DNA of 63,525 nucleotides, filler included, from Octopus bimaculoides (lineage: Eukaryota): NCBI RefSeq assembly GCF_001194135.2. It is 5 parts of 5 records of this genome, joined end to end, with 100 filler letters (N's around TTAATTAATTAA, not from the genome) between each part and the next. Parts side by side here need not be neighbours in the genome. Positions count along the whole stretch, not along the records: positions 59,917 to 63,525 come from NC_069002.1; 4 more parts are not named here. The stretch is one strand, 5' to 3'. Below, in pieces: positions 61,951-63,525 of the stretch. Each line of letters opens with the position of its first letter. Positions within the stretch are counted from its first letter, which is position 1. The position numbers and the translations under genes were made by a program. A model generated the notes under the pieces. The model was not told where the DNA came from, ran no database searches, and worked only from the letters and a program-made list of their open reading frames with translations.

Positions 61951-62229
61951 CATTTTCTGCCTCTCATCTTTCTTTCTTTCTTTCATTATATAAAATACAC
62001 ACATACATTTGCATACATATACAAGTATACGTATTTTGCGAATATCTGTAATGTGCCCTGAAGCGAAACAAACGTATTTTGTCGGACTCTTTTTCTTTAA
62101 TAAAATCTATTGACACCCACGTTTTATCCTTTGAATTTTTATGTTAAGTCGCCTCTCCATATCTCTATGAATAGTTTATTCAATTACTACGCGCGCATAT
62201 TCATACATACAATGTTTAGATGTTTAGAT

Positions 62230-62338
62230 GTATGTGTACGTACATATGTGTACGTACCTATGTGTACGTACATATGTGTACGTACATATGTGTACGTACC
62301 TATGTGTACGTACCTATGTGTACGTACCTATGTGTACG
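62230..62338. repeat. 14-bp minisatellite TGTGTACGTAC(A/C)TA x~8
   Basis: Direct read. Confidence 0.92.
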
Positions 62339-62576
62339 AGGCACACTGTATAAAATTGAAACTGATACAGACTACCCTGTGTGTGTGTATACATATGTAC
62401 ACTATATATATATTTATATGCATTCTTATATTTGTGTGCCCAAATATATCAACACACATTTATATATATATATACATATATACACACACACACATATACA
62501 TATATATATATATTGATAGAAAGGACAACAAAAGAAAGAAAGAGACCTCGATAATATGTAAATAGAGGAATTTATC

Positions 62577-62743
62577 TGTAAAAATATGTGACACTTATTC
62601 GGTAGCCATGATAAAACTCCGAGTTTCGGATGCCGGGGTAGGAACCCACGCCAACATCTCTTCAGTTATCCGGCCATTGAAAATTCCTGGCATCCGAAAC
62701 TCGGAGTTTTAGCATGGCTACCGAATAAGTGTCACATATTTTT

Positions 62744-62746
<3 letters not shown>
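62577..62746. mobile_element. 170-bp foldback element, 58-bp inverted arms, hammerhead on the minus strand
   Basis: Arm TGTAAAAATATGTGACACTTATTCGGTAGCCATG(A/C)TAAAACTCCGAGTTTCGGATGCC on both sides, 1 mismatch; abuts (TA)n. Confidence 0.9.
62605..62674 (-). ncRNA. Type I hammerhead ribozyme motif, intact core
   Basis: GCC-G-GAUAA-CUGAAGA-GAUGUUGG[GUGGG-UU-CCUAC]CCGGCAUC-C-GAA-ACUC-G-GAGU-U^-UUAUC-AU-GGC. Confidence 0.8.
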
Positions 62747-62798
<52 letters not shown>

Positions 62799-63114
62799 TA
62801 AACACTTAAATGCGAAACAAGGTGGAAAAAAAATAGTACTCGAATACATGAGGTAGAATAATATACTTTAATAAAGTAGCAAAGACATCATAAAAACTGT
62901 TACTCACAGTTTTACGTTCCTGTTATATTTTTTTATATACATCTAGTTTCAGCTCACGAGCTGTGGCCATGCTGGGACACCGCCATTTGATGTTGTTACA
63001 TTATTTTACTTCACGAATGCTTTTTAGGAATTGACATTTTGGTGAGGATGAGGGAGTTTGATGCCGCTGCCCTCATCTGCACCTCCTGTCGCGAAGTTGT
63101 TCATCCGGGACACT

Positions 63115-63186
63115 TGACATACAAATATACATACATATACATTCTTATATACATACATATGCATACATATACATACATATGCATAC

Positions 63187-63219
<33 letters not shown>

Positions 63220-63340
63220 CATATGCGTACATATATATACATATGCATACATATATATACACATACATACATATTTATATACACATACATATATATATAC
63301 ATACGTATATATATATATACGTACATATATATACATATAA
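63115..63340. repeat. (TA)n/(TACA)n microsatellite
   Basis: Direct read. Confidence 0.95.
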
Positions 63341-63525
63341 TAATATTATTAGGGACAAAATCCAAAATTACAGGTAAAAAACTCAATTAAAATCAATTTA
63401 TAAAAAATTAAATTGAGCCTTATAGATAAAGTATATATAAAATATATATAGTTTTAGGGAAAATAACCAATTTTCAAGAACTCATCGATGAAAATCCACT
63501 ATCACATATAGAAAAATTAATAATT

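Overview
Eukaryotic, AT-rich, microsatellite-saturated genomic DNA with many N gaps. The repeat landscape suggests an octopod cephalopod (Octopus-like; inference, no database search done). It comprises four interleaved tRNA-derived SINE families, (TA)n/(CA)n/(TACA)n tracts, mariner relics, and Penelope-like, RTE, Tx1/L1 and R4-type relics. No intact host gene can be supported. Almost every ORF in the supplied track is a translated microsatellite, a gap or SINE sequence. The recognisable coding pieces are decayed transposon proteins: mariner x3, a spliced hAT/BED transposase, RTE and Tx1/L1 RT fragments, a Penelope GIY-YIG domain and two RLE-domain LINE tails. Main discoveries: (1) A candidate 119-nt exon (60711-60829) is matched by a gapless 99-nt inverted complement about 1 kb downstream. 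Its transition mismatches are G.U-biased 11:1 on the + strand, as expected of a selected long-range RNA duplex such as an ADAR editing-complementary sequence. (2) At least seven hammerhead-ribozyme motifs occur in several unrelated short repeats, three with intact catalytic cores. Two of them are MITE-looking elements built from a hammerhead plus an inverted copy of its 3' half. (3) A tail-to-tail array of a ~345-bp element forms a ~690-bp palindrome, with a separate 169-nt hairpin just downstream. (4) An R4/Dong-type LINE tail sits inside an (AAT)n tract. All alignments and folds were done by eye; SINE boundaries are approximate (+/-10-20 nt).
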